DNA of 64,000 nucleotides, from assembly GCA_040757175.1 (NCBI GenBank), contig JBFLXM010000004.1, positions 15,023 through 79,022 on the forward strand, in the 5' to 3' direction. Source of the DNA: Thermodesulfobacteriota bacterium (lineage in GTDB: Bacteria; Desulfobacterota; Desulfobaccia; Desulfobaccales; 0-14-0-80-60-11). A program made the position numbers and the translations under genes. The notes beneath the pieces are model-generated. The model was not told the DNA's origin. It searched no databases and saw only the letters and a program-made list of their open reading frames with translations. Positions 9,513 to 18,539 of this stretch are shown here, in pieces (position 1 is the first letter of the stretch; each line of letters starts with the position of its first letter).

Positions 9513-10322
9513 TTATAACGGCTTGGTCTCCAAGGTCGCTTCCTCTCCCAGCATTTTCCAGGGAGAGGGACCGGCTTCCGGGGAGCCGACATTATAATCG
9601 AACAAGTCCTTCACCAGGGCGTTGGCCTTCTTGTACAGGACCCGCAAGGGGATGTCCGCGGGGCAGTTTTCTTCACACAGGCCGCAGTCGATGCAGCGTC
9701 CGGCCATGTGGATGGCCCGCACCAGTTGAAAGATGCTATCCGGCGGCAATTGGCCGGTGCTCATCAGGTCCTCATGCTCCAGGGAGCATTCCTTGCAAAA
9801 GCACATGGGGCAGACATCCCGGCAGCCGTAGCATTTGATGCACTTTTTAAACGCGGCCAGCCATTCCTGAAACGCGTCCTGCTCCGCCAGGGCGTCGACG
9901 CGTTCCACCCGCCGGCTCTTGATTACCGGCTGACATTTTTCCCCGTAATCCACCACCGAGGTCCAGGGGCCGGAACACTCGCAGTAATCGGCCTGGCTCT
10001 GGGTGCAGGCGACGCCCACCGGCACCACCTTTTCCGGGTCCAGTTGGCCCCACTTGTATAGTTCGTTGAGCCCTCGTTCGTCGCAGCCCCTTACCTGGAT
10101 GGCAAACGCGGCCTCGGGATAGTGGCCCGCCAGGGCTATCAAGAGCTTATCCAGGGGATAGCGGCAATTATCGGGGGCGACAATGGCCCGGTCCACCTCC
10201 GCCAGGTTCTCCTTGGTGAAGAGATGCGGCAGGGGGTGGCCCTCCTTTATGAGGTAGCCGAGGTATCCGGCGACTTTGTCTTCGGTAAGAAGTTTTTTGA
10301 CTTTTGCGCGTAGTTTATCCAT
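9513..10322 (-). CDS. 4Fe-4S dicluster electron-transfer protein (AsrA / sulfhydrogenase-beta-like Cys pattern)
   Basis: It carries CIKCYGCRDVCPMCFCKEC and CIDCGLCEENCP. It sits between mvhD and fdhA in the operon. Confidence 0.65.
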   Translation of the reverse strand: MDKLRAKVKKLLTEDKVAGYLGYLIKEGHPLPHLFTKENLAEVDRAIVAPDNCRYPLDKLLIALAGHYPEAAFAIQVRGCDERGLNELYKWGQLDPEKVVPVGVACTQSQADYCECSGPWTSVVDYGEKCQPVIKSRRVERVDALAEQDAFQEWLAAFKKCIKCYGCRDVCPMCFCKECSLEHEDLMSTGQLPPDSIFQLVRAIHMAGRCIDCGLCEENCPADIPLRVLYKKANALVKDLFDYNVGSPEAGPSPWKMLGEEATLETKPL

Positions 10323-10354
10323 GAGAACTATCCTTATCAGCCCTAATCAGGCCG

Positions 10355-10786
10355 CTAAGCCGCCCTGGCCGCGGCCTTCAGGCGGGCCGGGCCCATTTTC
10401 TTGATCTTTTCCGTGAAATTCCGCACCGTCTCGGCGAACTTGGGGCCTTCCGCGGCGGAGATCCATTCCAGGTGCAACCGTCCAGGTTCAAATCCGGTGA
10501 ATTTCAGGAGGTCCTGGAGGAAACGCATGCGCTTGACGGTCATGTAATTGCCCCGGAGATAATGGCAGTCGCCAATGTGGCAGCCGCCGATGAGCACGCC
10601 GTCCGCGCCTTTCTGGAAGGCCTTGAGCACGTGGTGGGGCGACACCGTGCCGGAACACATGACCCGGATGACCCGGATATTAGGGGGATACTGAAGACGG
10701 CTCACCCCGGCCAGGTCGGCCCCGGCGTAGGTGCACCAATTACAGAAGAAACCGATGATCTTCGGTTCGAAATTGCTCTCGGACAT
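10355..10786 (-). CDS. mvhD: MvhD/FlpD-like protein, copy 3
   Basis: It has FCNWCTYAGADLAG...QYPP...GCHIGDCHY. Confidence 0.85.
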   Translation of the reverse strand: MSESNFEPKIIGFFCNWCTYAGADLAGVSRLQYPPNIRVIRVMCSGTVSPHHVLKAFQKGADGVLIGGCHIGDCHYLRGNYMTVKRMRFLQDLLKFTGFEPGRLHLEWISAAEGPKFAETVRNFTEKIKKMGPARLKAAARAA

Positions 10787-10838
10787 AATGTGACCTTCTC
10801 TCTTTATTTTGCGCCTTTGCGTCTTGGCGTGAGGTTTA

Positions 10839-13800
10839 TCAGCCCGCGGCCTCGTCCATTTTCAGTTCGGCCAGGGCCTCGTCTATCTGGGTATAGATCT
10901 GCTTGTGGCTGAAGCCCATGAGGGTGATGCACTCCGACGGGCAGTTGGCCGCGCAGGTGCCGCAGCCCTTGCACAGGGCCTGGTTCACTTCACAGACCTT
11001 TGCCGTTTCTTGGTAGTCGATGGCCACGAAGGGGCAGACCCCCACACAGGCCTGGCAGCCGGAACAGAGCGCGGGATCGATGCTGGCCACCACGCCCCCG
11101 GCCTTGATGGACTCCTGGCTCAAAACCACCGCGGCCCGGGCCGCGGCGGCCTTGGCCTGGGCGATGGCTTCATCCAGGGGCTTGGGATAGTGAGCCAGAC
11201 CCGCGACAAAGACGCCCTCGGTGGCAAAGTCCACCGGCCGCAGCTTCATGTGGGCCTCCAGGAAGAAGCCCTCGTGGTTCAGGGGCACCTTGAACATCTG
11301 GGCCAGCTTCTCCTGTTCCTTGACAATGATGGCGGAAGCCAGGGTGAGGACGTCGGGCCGGATGGTGACGGGCAAACCCAGGATGAGGTCTTGGACCGTG
11401 ACCTGGAGACCGCCGTCCGCGGTTTGCGCCACTTGGGGCTTGTCGTCCGCGTGGAAGCGGATGAAGATGACTCCCTTCTCCCGGGCCTCATGGTAGAGAT
11501 TTTCCCTCAGGCCGTAGGTGCGCAGGTCCCGGTAGAAGATGTACACGTCCATCTCCGGATTGAGCTCTTTGAGCCGGATGGCGCTCTCCACCGAATGGGT
11601 GCAGCAGACCCGGCTGCAGTAAGGCCGCTCCGGTTCCCGGGAGCCCACGCACTGGATGAAGGCCGCGCATCTGGCCTCGGTGACCAGGGGATTTTTCTCC
11701 CGGAGGGCCTGGTCCATCTCCAGGGACAGCAGCACCCGGGGGTTTTCTTTATATAGATACTCTTTAGGCTTATACGAATGGCCGCCGCTGGCGATGATGG
11801 CGGCCCCGTGTTCCACTTCCACTTCCCGTCCCCCGGCGCTGAGGAGGCTGTGAAAATTACCCACAAACCCTTGCACGTCGGTGACTTCCGCCTTGAGGTG
11901 GACTTCGATCTGCGGGTGTTTGGATACCCGCTGCACCAGTCCGTCCACATACGGCTTGACGGGCTCGCCTCTCCAGGTCTGGTTGAGCTTCAGGGCGTGG
12001 CCGCCCAGGAAGTCTTTTTTCTCCACCAGATGCACCTTAAAGCCCTGGTCCGCCAGGCCCAGGGCCGCTTCCATACCCGCGGCGCCGCCGCCGATGACCA
12101 GCCCGGCCTTGGTGATGGGCAGGGTGAACTCTTTTAAAGGCTGCTGCAAGGCCACCTTGGCCACGGCCATGCGCACCTGGTCCTTGGCCCGCCGGGTGGC
12201 CCGCTCGGGCTCGTGCATGTGCACCCAGGAACCTTGATCCCGGATATTGGCCAGCTCAAAGAGGTATTTATTGAGCCCGGCTTCCTTGATGGTTTCCTGG
12301 AACAGAGGCTCATGGGTCTTGGGGGTGCAGGAGGCAACCACGATGCGGTTGAGATTGTGCTCCTTGATGCGCTCTTTGATGATCTCCTGGGTGTCCTGGG
12401 AGCAGGTGAAGAGGTTGTTCTCCACGTACTCCACATAGGGAAGCGTCTTGGCGTAATCCCGCACCGCCTCCACGTCGATGACACTGGCGATATTGATGCC
12501 GCAATGGCAGACGAAGACGCCCACCTGGGGCGTTTCCTGGGAAATGTCCCGTTCCGGGAATTCCGGCTTTTTCCTGGCCAGGGAGAAGCGGGCCGGGGCC
12601 AGCAGTTCCCCGGCTGCGGACGCGGAAGCCGAGGCTTCCATGACCGACTGGGGGATGTCCTTGGGCCCCTGGAACGCGCCGCAGACATAGATGCCGGGCC
12701 GGGTGGTGGCCACCGGCGCCAAGGAGGAGGTTTCCGCAAACTTATTGACGTTCAAGTCGATCCCCAAAGTGCGGCCCATCTCCAGCACCGCGGGCGGCAC
12801 TTCCAGACCCACGGACAACACCAGCAGGTCGAAGGTCTCGGACCTCAAGGTCCCGTCTTCATCGAGATAACGGATACTGAGGTCGTCGGTGCCCGGCACC
12901 GGGTCCACGCTATGGATCCGGGAGCGGATGAACCGGACCCCGTGCTCATCCCGGGCCCGCCAGTAATACTTTTCAAAATCCTTCCCCATGGTGCGCATAT
13001 CCATGAAGAAGATGGCGGCTTCCAGGCCGTTTTTGCTGTGCTCCTTGGCAATGACCGCCTCCTTGATGGCGTACATGCAGCAGACCGCGGAGCAGTGGCT
13101 GTTGTCGCAATGGTTCAGGTCCCGGGAGCCGACGCACTGCAGCCAGGCTATTCTTTGGGGCTCCTTGTGGTCCGACGGCCGCACCAGGTGGCCTTCGTAA
13201 GGACCGGAAGCGCTCAAGATGCGCTCAAACTCCATGCTGGTGACCACATTGGGCAGCGAGGCGTAGTGATAGGCCTCGTACTTGGTGGGATCGTAGGCTT
13301 TGAAGCCCGGGGCCAGGATCACCGCGCCCACCTGGAGGTCCCGGGGTTGGTCGGTTTGGGAGAAATCCACCGCGCCGGTGGGGCAGAATTTCTCGCAAGC
13401 CTTGCACTTTCCCCCCTTCTTGAAGAAGAGGCAGTTGTCGGCATCAATGGCGAATTTCAGGGGCACCGCCTGAGGATAGAGGACGTACGCGGCTTTGCGC
13501 GACATCAGCCCCTGGTTGAATTCGTCCGGCACCTTCTTGGGGCACTTTTCAGCGCACAGGCCGCAGGCGATGCACTTGGTCATATCAATATAACGGGCCG
13601 GCTGGTTCACGGTGACGGTAAAATTGCCTGGCTCCCCCTTGATCCCCTGCACCCGGGCCGGGGCCAGGATTTCAATATTCAAATGCCTGCCACATTCCAC
13701 CAGCTTGGGGGAGAGAATGCACATGGAGCAGTCGTTGGTGGGGAAGGTCTTGTCCAACTGGGCCATGACCCCGCCGATGGCGGGTCTGGCTTCCACCACA

Positions 13801-13913
13801 TAGACGTAAAATCCGGCGTCCGCCAGGTCCAGGGCCGCTTGCACTCCGGCAATGCCCGCGCCCACCACCATCACCGCGCCCACCGGGTCGGTTCCGTGCT
13901 TTTGCGATTTCAT
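10839..13913 (-). CDS. hdrA: Large HdrA-like FAD/FeS oxidoreductase with two tandem HdrA modules
   Basis: Module 1 has VVGAGIAGVQAALDLADAG, DCSMCILSPK, CIACGLCAEKCP and CVGSRD..HCSAVCCMY. Module 2 has VIGGGAAGMEAALGLADQG and CVGSREPERPYCSRVCCTH, and the C-terminus has 2x[4Fe-4S] (CSGCQACVGVCP, CKGCGTCAANCP). The track start at 13949 is a GTG; the ATG at 13913 (MKSQKHG) has AGGTGA upstream and is preferred. Confidence 0.85.
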   Translation of the reverse strand: MKSQKHGTDPVGAVMVVGAGIAGVQAALDLADAGFYVYVVEARPAIGGVMAQLDKTFPTNDCSMCILSPKLVECGRHLNIEILAPARVQGIKGEPGNFTVTVNQPARYIDMTKCIACGLCAEKCPKKVPDEFNQGLMSRKAAYVLYPQAVPLKFAIDADNCLFFKKGGKCKACEKFCPTGAVDFSQTDQPRDLQVGAVILAPGFKAYDPTKYEAYHYASLPNVVTSMEFERILSASGPYEGHLVRPSDHKEPQRIAWLQCVGSRDLNHCDNSHCSAVCCMYAIKEAVIAKEHSKNGLEAAIFFMDMRTMGKDFEKYYWRARDEHGVRFIRSRIHSVDPVPGTDDLSIRYLDEDGTLRSETFDLLVLSVGLEVPPAVLEMGRTLGIDLNVNKFAETSSLAPVATTRPGIYVCGAFQGPKDIPQSVMEASASASAAGELLAPARFSLARKKPEFPERDISQETPQVGVFVCHCGINIASVIDVEAVRDYAKTLPYVEYVENNLFTCSQDTQEIIKERIKEHNLNRIVVASCTPKTHEPLFQETIKEAGLNKYLFELANIRDQGSWVHMHEPERATRRAKDQVRMAVAKVALQQPLKEFTLPITKAGLVIGGGAAGMEAALGLADQGFKVHLVEKKDFLGGHALKLNQTWRGEPVKPYVDGLVQRVSKHPQIEVHLKAEVTDVQGFVGNFHSLLSAGGREVEVEHGAAIIASGGHSYKPKEYLYKENPRVLLSLEMDQALREKNPLVTEARCAAFIQCVGSREPERPYCSRVCCTHSVESAIRLKELNPEMDVYIFYRDLRTYGLRENLYHEAREKGVIFIRFHADDKPQVAQTADGGLQVTVQDLILGLPVTIRPDVLTLASAIIVKEQEKLAQMFKVPLNHEGFFLEAHMKLRPVDFATEGVFVAGLAHYPKPLDEAIAQAKAAAARAAVVLSQESIKAGGVVASIDPALCSGCQACVGVCPFVAIDYQETAKVCEVNQALCKGCGTCAANCPSECITLMGFSHKQIYTQIDEALAELKMDEAAG

Positions 13914-14371
13914 AGGTTCACCTGTAAATGGATTCTTTGGGGAGAGCACGATGAGTTATGGCTTCTCCCTGCAGTCGAGCGAATCGGGTAAACAAATCCT
14001 CAGGCGCCCTGAGATGCGGTGCCAGATGGGAGATAAGAATCCCTCATCGTGGCCCAAAATCTTCCAGGCGCAGGAAAACGCAGAACTACCTGAAGATTCA
14101 GGCGATTATCGAATCCAGGTTTATCAGGCTGAAGCTACTGCAGGGAGGTGGAAACTTGGGGAGGTGCTACCTTGAAAGGAGGGAACGCACTTCTTGCAAA
14201 GCTAACTGCAATCAGACCCTGATCCCAGGTGATCCGCCCCGTCCCTTTCCAGCCTGATGGGCTTCGAGAGCCTTGCCAAGGCTCCGCGGTCGCCTGAGCT
14301 TCAGGATTTCACCATGATGGGAATCATCGGCCGATACACCCGGAATCACCTCCTTTATGAAAATTTGCGCA

Positions 14372-14399
14372 ATTATAAACCAAATGGCCAAGGAATCAA
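14372..14399 (-). promoter_or_regulatory. Sigma70-type promoter candidate for the hdrA-fdh operon leader
   Basis: The reverse strand reads TTGATT (14399-14394), a 16-nt spacer, then TATAAT (14377-14372). About 20 nt downstream there is a perfect SD, AAGGAGGTGA. Confidence 0.45.
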
Positions 14400-14780
14400 T
14401 TTATTTCTTAAATTGTCCACACCATAGACTGATACTGCTCTTTATCCGCAGTTCATATCAATGTAATTGGGTTTCGATATACTTATCGTAATCCGCTCCT
14501 TTGAGCGCCTCCCCTGCCCCTCTCCCCTTCTCTGCCCGTCAATCTGGAGCAAATTTTTCCCCTCATTCGGTGGTTTCTTCTGGCACCATTCAGCTAAGCC
14601 TATGTTTTACCTAGGAATGGGCGTATACCGAAAAAAATGGGCACGAATGTACGCCTATCTGACGGGGGAAATCCCCAGGGGAAGGGACAGAAAAAGATTA
14701 CAAATAAGAAAACCTACTCACCAACCTATTTTCCTGCCAAAAAGGGGGCACCATAATTGACCTTAAGTCCTTGAAATCAT

Positions 14781-14836
14781 TGGTGCCTGGGGCCGGACTC
14801 GAACCGGCACGGGGCGAACCCCGAGGGTTTTTAAGA
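14781..14836 (-). pseudogene. 3-prime half of a tRNA-Leu(UAA) gene (anticodon loop to CCA); att-like island boundary
   Basis: The first 30 nt (14781-14810) are identical to 19095-19124 of the intact tRNA. The remainder is a related variable arm and anticodon stem-loop. The reverse strand reads CTTAAAAACCCTCGGGGTTCGCCCCGTGCCGGTTCGAGTCCGGCCCCAGGCACCA. Confidence 0.8.
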
Positions 14837-15147
14837 ACCAAAATCGCCAAAAAGCTTCCTTAGTCCTTCTCATAACTTACTGATTGTATTGGATTATACA
14901 GACATACTAATCAATGTTGGGGAGCTTTTGTAAAACAGCTTTATTTCCTTAATTTTCGCTGAGAAAGCAGTGCCTCGCCGGTAAGAATCCCCGGTATTTC
15001 CAGGGTTGCCGAGAACTCTCGTAGTATTGCACCCTTGTTTGTCGTTCTCAGGTAACCTCTTGTCTTTTGTAGGAAAATCAAATAAGATCAAAGCTCAATA
15101 TTCCCATGGCAGTAACTTCCGGACTTTAGCGTCTCTTAATAGGCACC

Positions 15148-18048
15148 TTGCCGAATCGTGCCATGATGGATTTCAAAACTCTGCTTCAAAAGCATCAGGC
15201 CTTGCTTGCCGAAAACCAGGCTTTGAAGGAAGAGAACCTATCCTTAAAGGTCCGGCTGGGCCTTGTCGAGCCACCTGAGAGACGATTTTCTCAGGAAGTG
15301 TTTAAGCGAGATCTCTCCCCATCGGCACCGTCAGTCACACTCAAGGCGACTACTCCGGCAGAGAAGGTCCAGCTCTTCATGTCCTTGTTCAAGGGGCGGG
15401 ACGATGTGTATGCCAAAAGATGGGAAAGCAAAGAAGGCAAGTCCGGATACGCACCTGTTTGCTTAAATGAATGGGCAGCCGGCTTCTGCCGAAAGCCCGA
15501 AGTCAAGTGCATTTCCTGTGAGCATAGATCATATGCCGCTCTGGATGGAAAGGTCATAGAAGCACACTTGCGTGGAAACCTTGTTGTCGGCATCTATCCC
15601 TTGCGCCAAGACGAAAAGTGCCACTTTCTGGCCATAGACTTCGATAAAGATGGCTGGCAACAGGATGTCTCCATTCTAAGAGGTGTTTGTCTGGCTTTTG
15701 CGGTGCCGGTGGGGATTGAACGTTCGCGCTCTGGTCATGGTGCCCATGCCTGGTTTTTCTTCACTGACCCGGTTGGGGCGAGTCTGGCTCGAAAATTTGG
15801 CTCTGCATTGCTGACCTGCGCCATGACCCGGTGTCATCAAATCAAGTTTAAATCTTACGACCAGTTATTCCCCAATCAGGACACCATACCCAAGGGTGGA
15901 TTCGGCAACCTGATTGCCCTGCCGTTACAAAAGACAGCGCGTCAAGAAGGCAACAGCGTCTTCATTGATGAGCGTTTCCAGCCCTATGAGGACCAGTGGG
16001 GATTTCTGGCCCAGATCGGGAGGCTTTCTGAAGACGAAATTAGTGCTTTGATCGCTAAACTTTGCGATGGGAGCGAACTCGGTGAGCTGAGACAAGATGA
16101 GGAAGAGGAGACCAAATCCTGGGAGCCGAGGCGGAGTAAGCTTTCACGGCATGAATTTCCGAAGGAAATTCAGGTAGTCAAAGCCAATATGCTTTACCTA
16201 AACAAATCAGGTGTTTCCCCGAGGGGGTTGAACACCTTAAAAAGGTTGGCCGCATTCAAGAATCCCGAGTTTTACCGGGCGCAGGCCATGCGCATGTCCA
16301 CTTACGGAAAACCTCGCATCATCTCCTGTTCAGAGGAAACCTCCGAGTACCTTTGTCTCCCGAGAGGATGTGAGGCAGATCTGTCTTCTCGTTTTGGAGA
16401 AGCTGGCGTCGAGGTCGAATGGCTAGACAGGACCGACCCGGGGAGACCCATCGAGGTTGCTTTTACAGGCATGTTGCGGGGGGACCAGGAACTCGCGGCA
16501 GAGGCAATGTTAAATCATGATTGCGGGGTTCTGGCGGCCGCCACAGCCTTCGGGAAAACTGTCATTGCTGCCAAGCTGATTGCCGAGCGCAAGACCAACA
16601 CACTCATCTTGACTCACCGCCAACAACTTCTTGCGCAGTGGCTGGCGAAGCTGGCTCAGTTTCTGGAAATCGCAGCGGAACTTCCTATGGTGACGACAAA
16701 GCTCGGGCGAAAACCGCAACAGAGCCTCATCGGGCAGATCGGTGCGGGAAGAGCGAATCCGAACGGTATTATCGATGTGGCGATCATGCAGTCCTTGACA
16801 AGAGGCGGGGAAGTGAAGGAGTTTATCAGAGATTATGGCATGGTGATTGTTGATGAGTGTCACCACGTACCTGCCTTCACATTCGAGCAGATACTTAAGC
16901 AGGTTCATGCCAAATACATTTATGGTTTGACGGCCACACCGGTCAGGCGTGACGGGCATCATCCTATTATTTTCATGCACTGCGGCCCCGTAAGGTACCG
17001 GGGGGATGCCAAAAAGGAGGCTTCGAGACGGCCGTTTGAGCACTATGTCATTCCCCGGTTCACCAGCTTCAGGGTGCCTTTTGACCAAGAAGAAAAGGAT
17101 ATTTCAATTCAGGAGTTCTATTCTGAAATCTCCACGGACGAATGGCGCAATCAGCTGATTATCGATGATGTCCTCAGGTCCCATGAAGAAGGCAGAAATG
17201 CGCTTATTCTCACCGAAAGGACCACCCATGTGGAACTGCTGGCTGGGAAGCTGAGCGAGCAAATCCCCGAAGTGATTACCCTAACTGGCGGGAAGGGAAG
17301 AAAGGAGAGCAGAAATGTCTTGGCCAGAATCTCCGAAACGCCCGCTGACGGGCAGTTGACCTTGGTTGCCACCGGCAGGTATATCGGGGAGGGCTTTGAT
17401 GAACCCCGGCTGGATACACTATTTCTGGCAATGCCCATATCATGGAGAGGTACATTGCAGCAATACGCTGGTAGGCTGCACCGCTTGTTCCAGAACAAGA
17501 AAGAGGTGCAGATCTATGACTATGTCGATATTTATGTAAAAATATTGGAGAAAATGTATCAGAAAAGGCTGGCTGGATATGCCGCCATCGGCTATCGGGC
17601 CAAAGCGGAAAGTCTCCCAACGGAACCCGCTAATAGTATTTTTGATAGCACCAATTTCCTCCCCGTTTACAATAATGACCTGATAAACGCCAGGCGCGAG
17701 GCGGTGATTGTCAGCCCGTTCGTGACAAGAAGGCGAGCCATGCAAATGCTGCCGCACCTGAAAGCGGCCATGGCAAAGAAGGTTTCCGTGGTTGTGGTCA
17801 CCAGGCCGATAAATTCTTACAAAGACCAGGTCCGGTCGACCTTGGAGGAAACTCTATACTCGGTGCAAAATACCGGCATACGCCTACTGTTTCAAGCTAA
17901 TATCCATCAAAAATTCGCGGTTATCGATCAGAAAATAGTATGGTACGGCAGCATCAACCTCCTCAGTTATGGGAGCGCCCAAGAAAGCTTTATGCGGCTG
18001 GAAAGCCCTAATATCGCCCAGGAACTGTTGAAAAACCTTTTAAATTGA
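15148..18048 (+). CDS. Fused archaeo-eukaryotic primase-polymerase (AEP) / SF2 DEAH helicase / HKD (PLD-family) nuclease protein
   Basis: AEP motifs are FLAIDFDKD, SRSGHGAHAWFFF and GFGNLIALPLQ. Helicase motifs are AFGKTV, VIVDECHH, GLTATP and QYAGRLHR. The HKD motif is HQKFAVIDQKIVWYGSIN. The N-terminus is a coiled coil. The track start at 15148 is a TTG; the first ATG is at 15163. Confidence 0.8.
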   Translation: MPNRAMMDFKTLLQKHQALLAENQALKEENLSLKVRLGLVEPPERRFSQEVFKRDLSPSAPSVTLKATTPAEKVQLFMSLFKGRDDVYAKRWESKEGKSGYAPVCLNEWAAGFCRKPEVKCISCEHRSYAALDGKVIEAHLRGNLVVGIYPLRQDEKCHFLAIDFDKDGWQQDVSILRGVCLAFAVPVGIERSRSGHGAHAWFFFTDPVGASLARKFGSALLTCAMTRCHQIKFKSYDQLFPNQDTIPKGGFGNLIALPLQKTARQEGNSVFIDERFQPYEDQWGFLAQIGRLSEDEISALIAKLCDGSELGELRQDEEEETKSWEPRRSKLSRHEFPKEIQVVKANMLYLNKSGVSPRGLNTLKRLAAFKNPEFYRAQAMRMSTYGKPRIISCSEETSEYLCLPRGCEADLSSRFGEAGVEVEWLDRTDPGRPIEVAFTGMLRGDQELAAEAMLNHDCGVLAAATAFGKTVIAAKLIAERKTNTLILTHRQQLLAQWLAKLAQFLEIAAELPMVTTKLGRKPQQSLIGQIGAGRANPNGIIDVAIMQSLTRGGEVKEFIRDYGMVIVDECHHVPAFTFEQILKQVHAKYIYGLTATPVRRDGHHPIIFMHCGPVRYRGDAKKEASRRPFEHYVIPRFTSFRVPFDQEEKDISIQEFYSEISTDEWRNQLIIDDVLRSHEEGRNALILTERTTHVELLAGKLSEQIPEVITLTGGKGRKESRNVLARISETPADGQLTLVATGRYIGEGFDEPRLDTLFLAMPISWRGTLQQYAGRLHRLFQNKKEVQIYDYVDIYVKILEKMYQKRLAGYAAIGYRAKAESLPTEPANSIFDSTNFLPVYNNDLINARREAVIVSPFVTRRRAMQMLPHLKAAMAKKVSVVVVTRPINSYKDQVRSTLEETLYSVQNTGIRLLFQANIHQKFAVIDQKIVWYGSINLLSYGSAQESFMRLESPNIAQELLKNLLN

Positions 18049-18074
18049 TCTCTAACAGACCAGGAGAGTCAACT

Positions 18075-18536
18075 ATGGAAGACCAGGACGAAATCTTGTC
18101 TCAAATAGTAACCGCCCTTCAGGAAGGTTTGGGAGAGCGCCTGGTAGCTGTTGTCTTGTATGGCTCTCGAGCCCGGGGTCAGGCGCGTGAGGTCAGTGAT
18201 TGGGATCTATTTATCATTGCCTCGGATTTACCGGCGCGACTTTGGGAGCGGCATGTCCTTTTAAAGCGTTTTCTTCCGGCTGCATATCGCAGTGCAATAT
18301 CTCTTTTGGCCAAGACCCCCCACGAATTTGAAGAAAGAATTTCCTCCATATATCTGGATATCGCCCAGGATGGTCAAATTCTATATGACCCCCAAGGATA
18401 TGCCAGTCGGCGTTTGGCTGATTTGCAGCGGCTGATGGCGGAGACGGGTCTTTATCGTAAGCAATCTTCGGGTGGTGAGGTCTGGAGATGGCGACAAAAG
18501 CCCCGGCGACCCTGGGCACTTGAGTGGAAGGAATGA
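18075..18536 (+). CDS. Minimal nucleotidyltransferase (MNT / MntA-like antitoxin)
   Basis: It has the GS...DxD signature YGSRARGQAREVSDWDLF. The ATG at 18075 is preceded by AGGAGAG. The track start at 18045 is a TTG overlapping the upstream stop. Confidence 0.8.
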   Translation: MEDQDEILSQIVTALQEGLGERLVAVVLYGSRARGQAREVSDWDLFIIASDLPARLWERHVLLKRFLPAAYRSAISLLAKTPHEFEERISSIYLDIAQDGQILYDPQGYASRRLADLQRLMAETGLYRKQSSGGEVWRWRQKPRRPWALEWKE

Positions 18537-18539
18537 TCG

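Noticed and set aside
14150-14300. Moco/Wco riboswitch call in the hdrA leader, based on the elements GGAAAGGGA, CACCUGGG and CCCUCC.
   Set aside because: The order of these elements does not match my recollection of the Moco motif architecture, and I cannot run a covariance model. It is kept only as a hypothesis inside the leader finding and is not annotated as a feature.
14467-15091. ORFs 14467-14760 (+) and 14894-15091 (-) at the island edge.
   Set aside because: They have no RBS and odd composition, the first straddles the promoter-distal non-coding DNA up to the tRNA fragment, and no family resemblance is visible.
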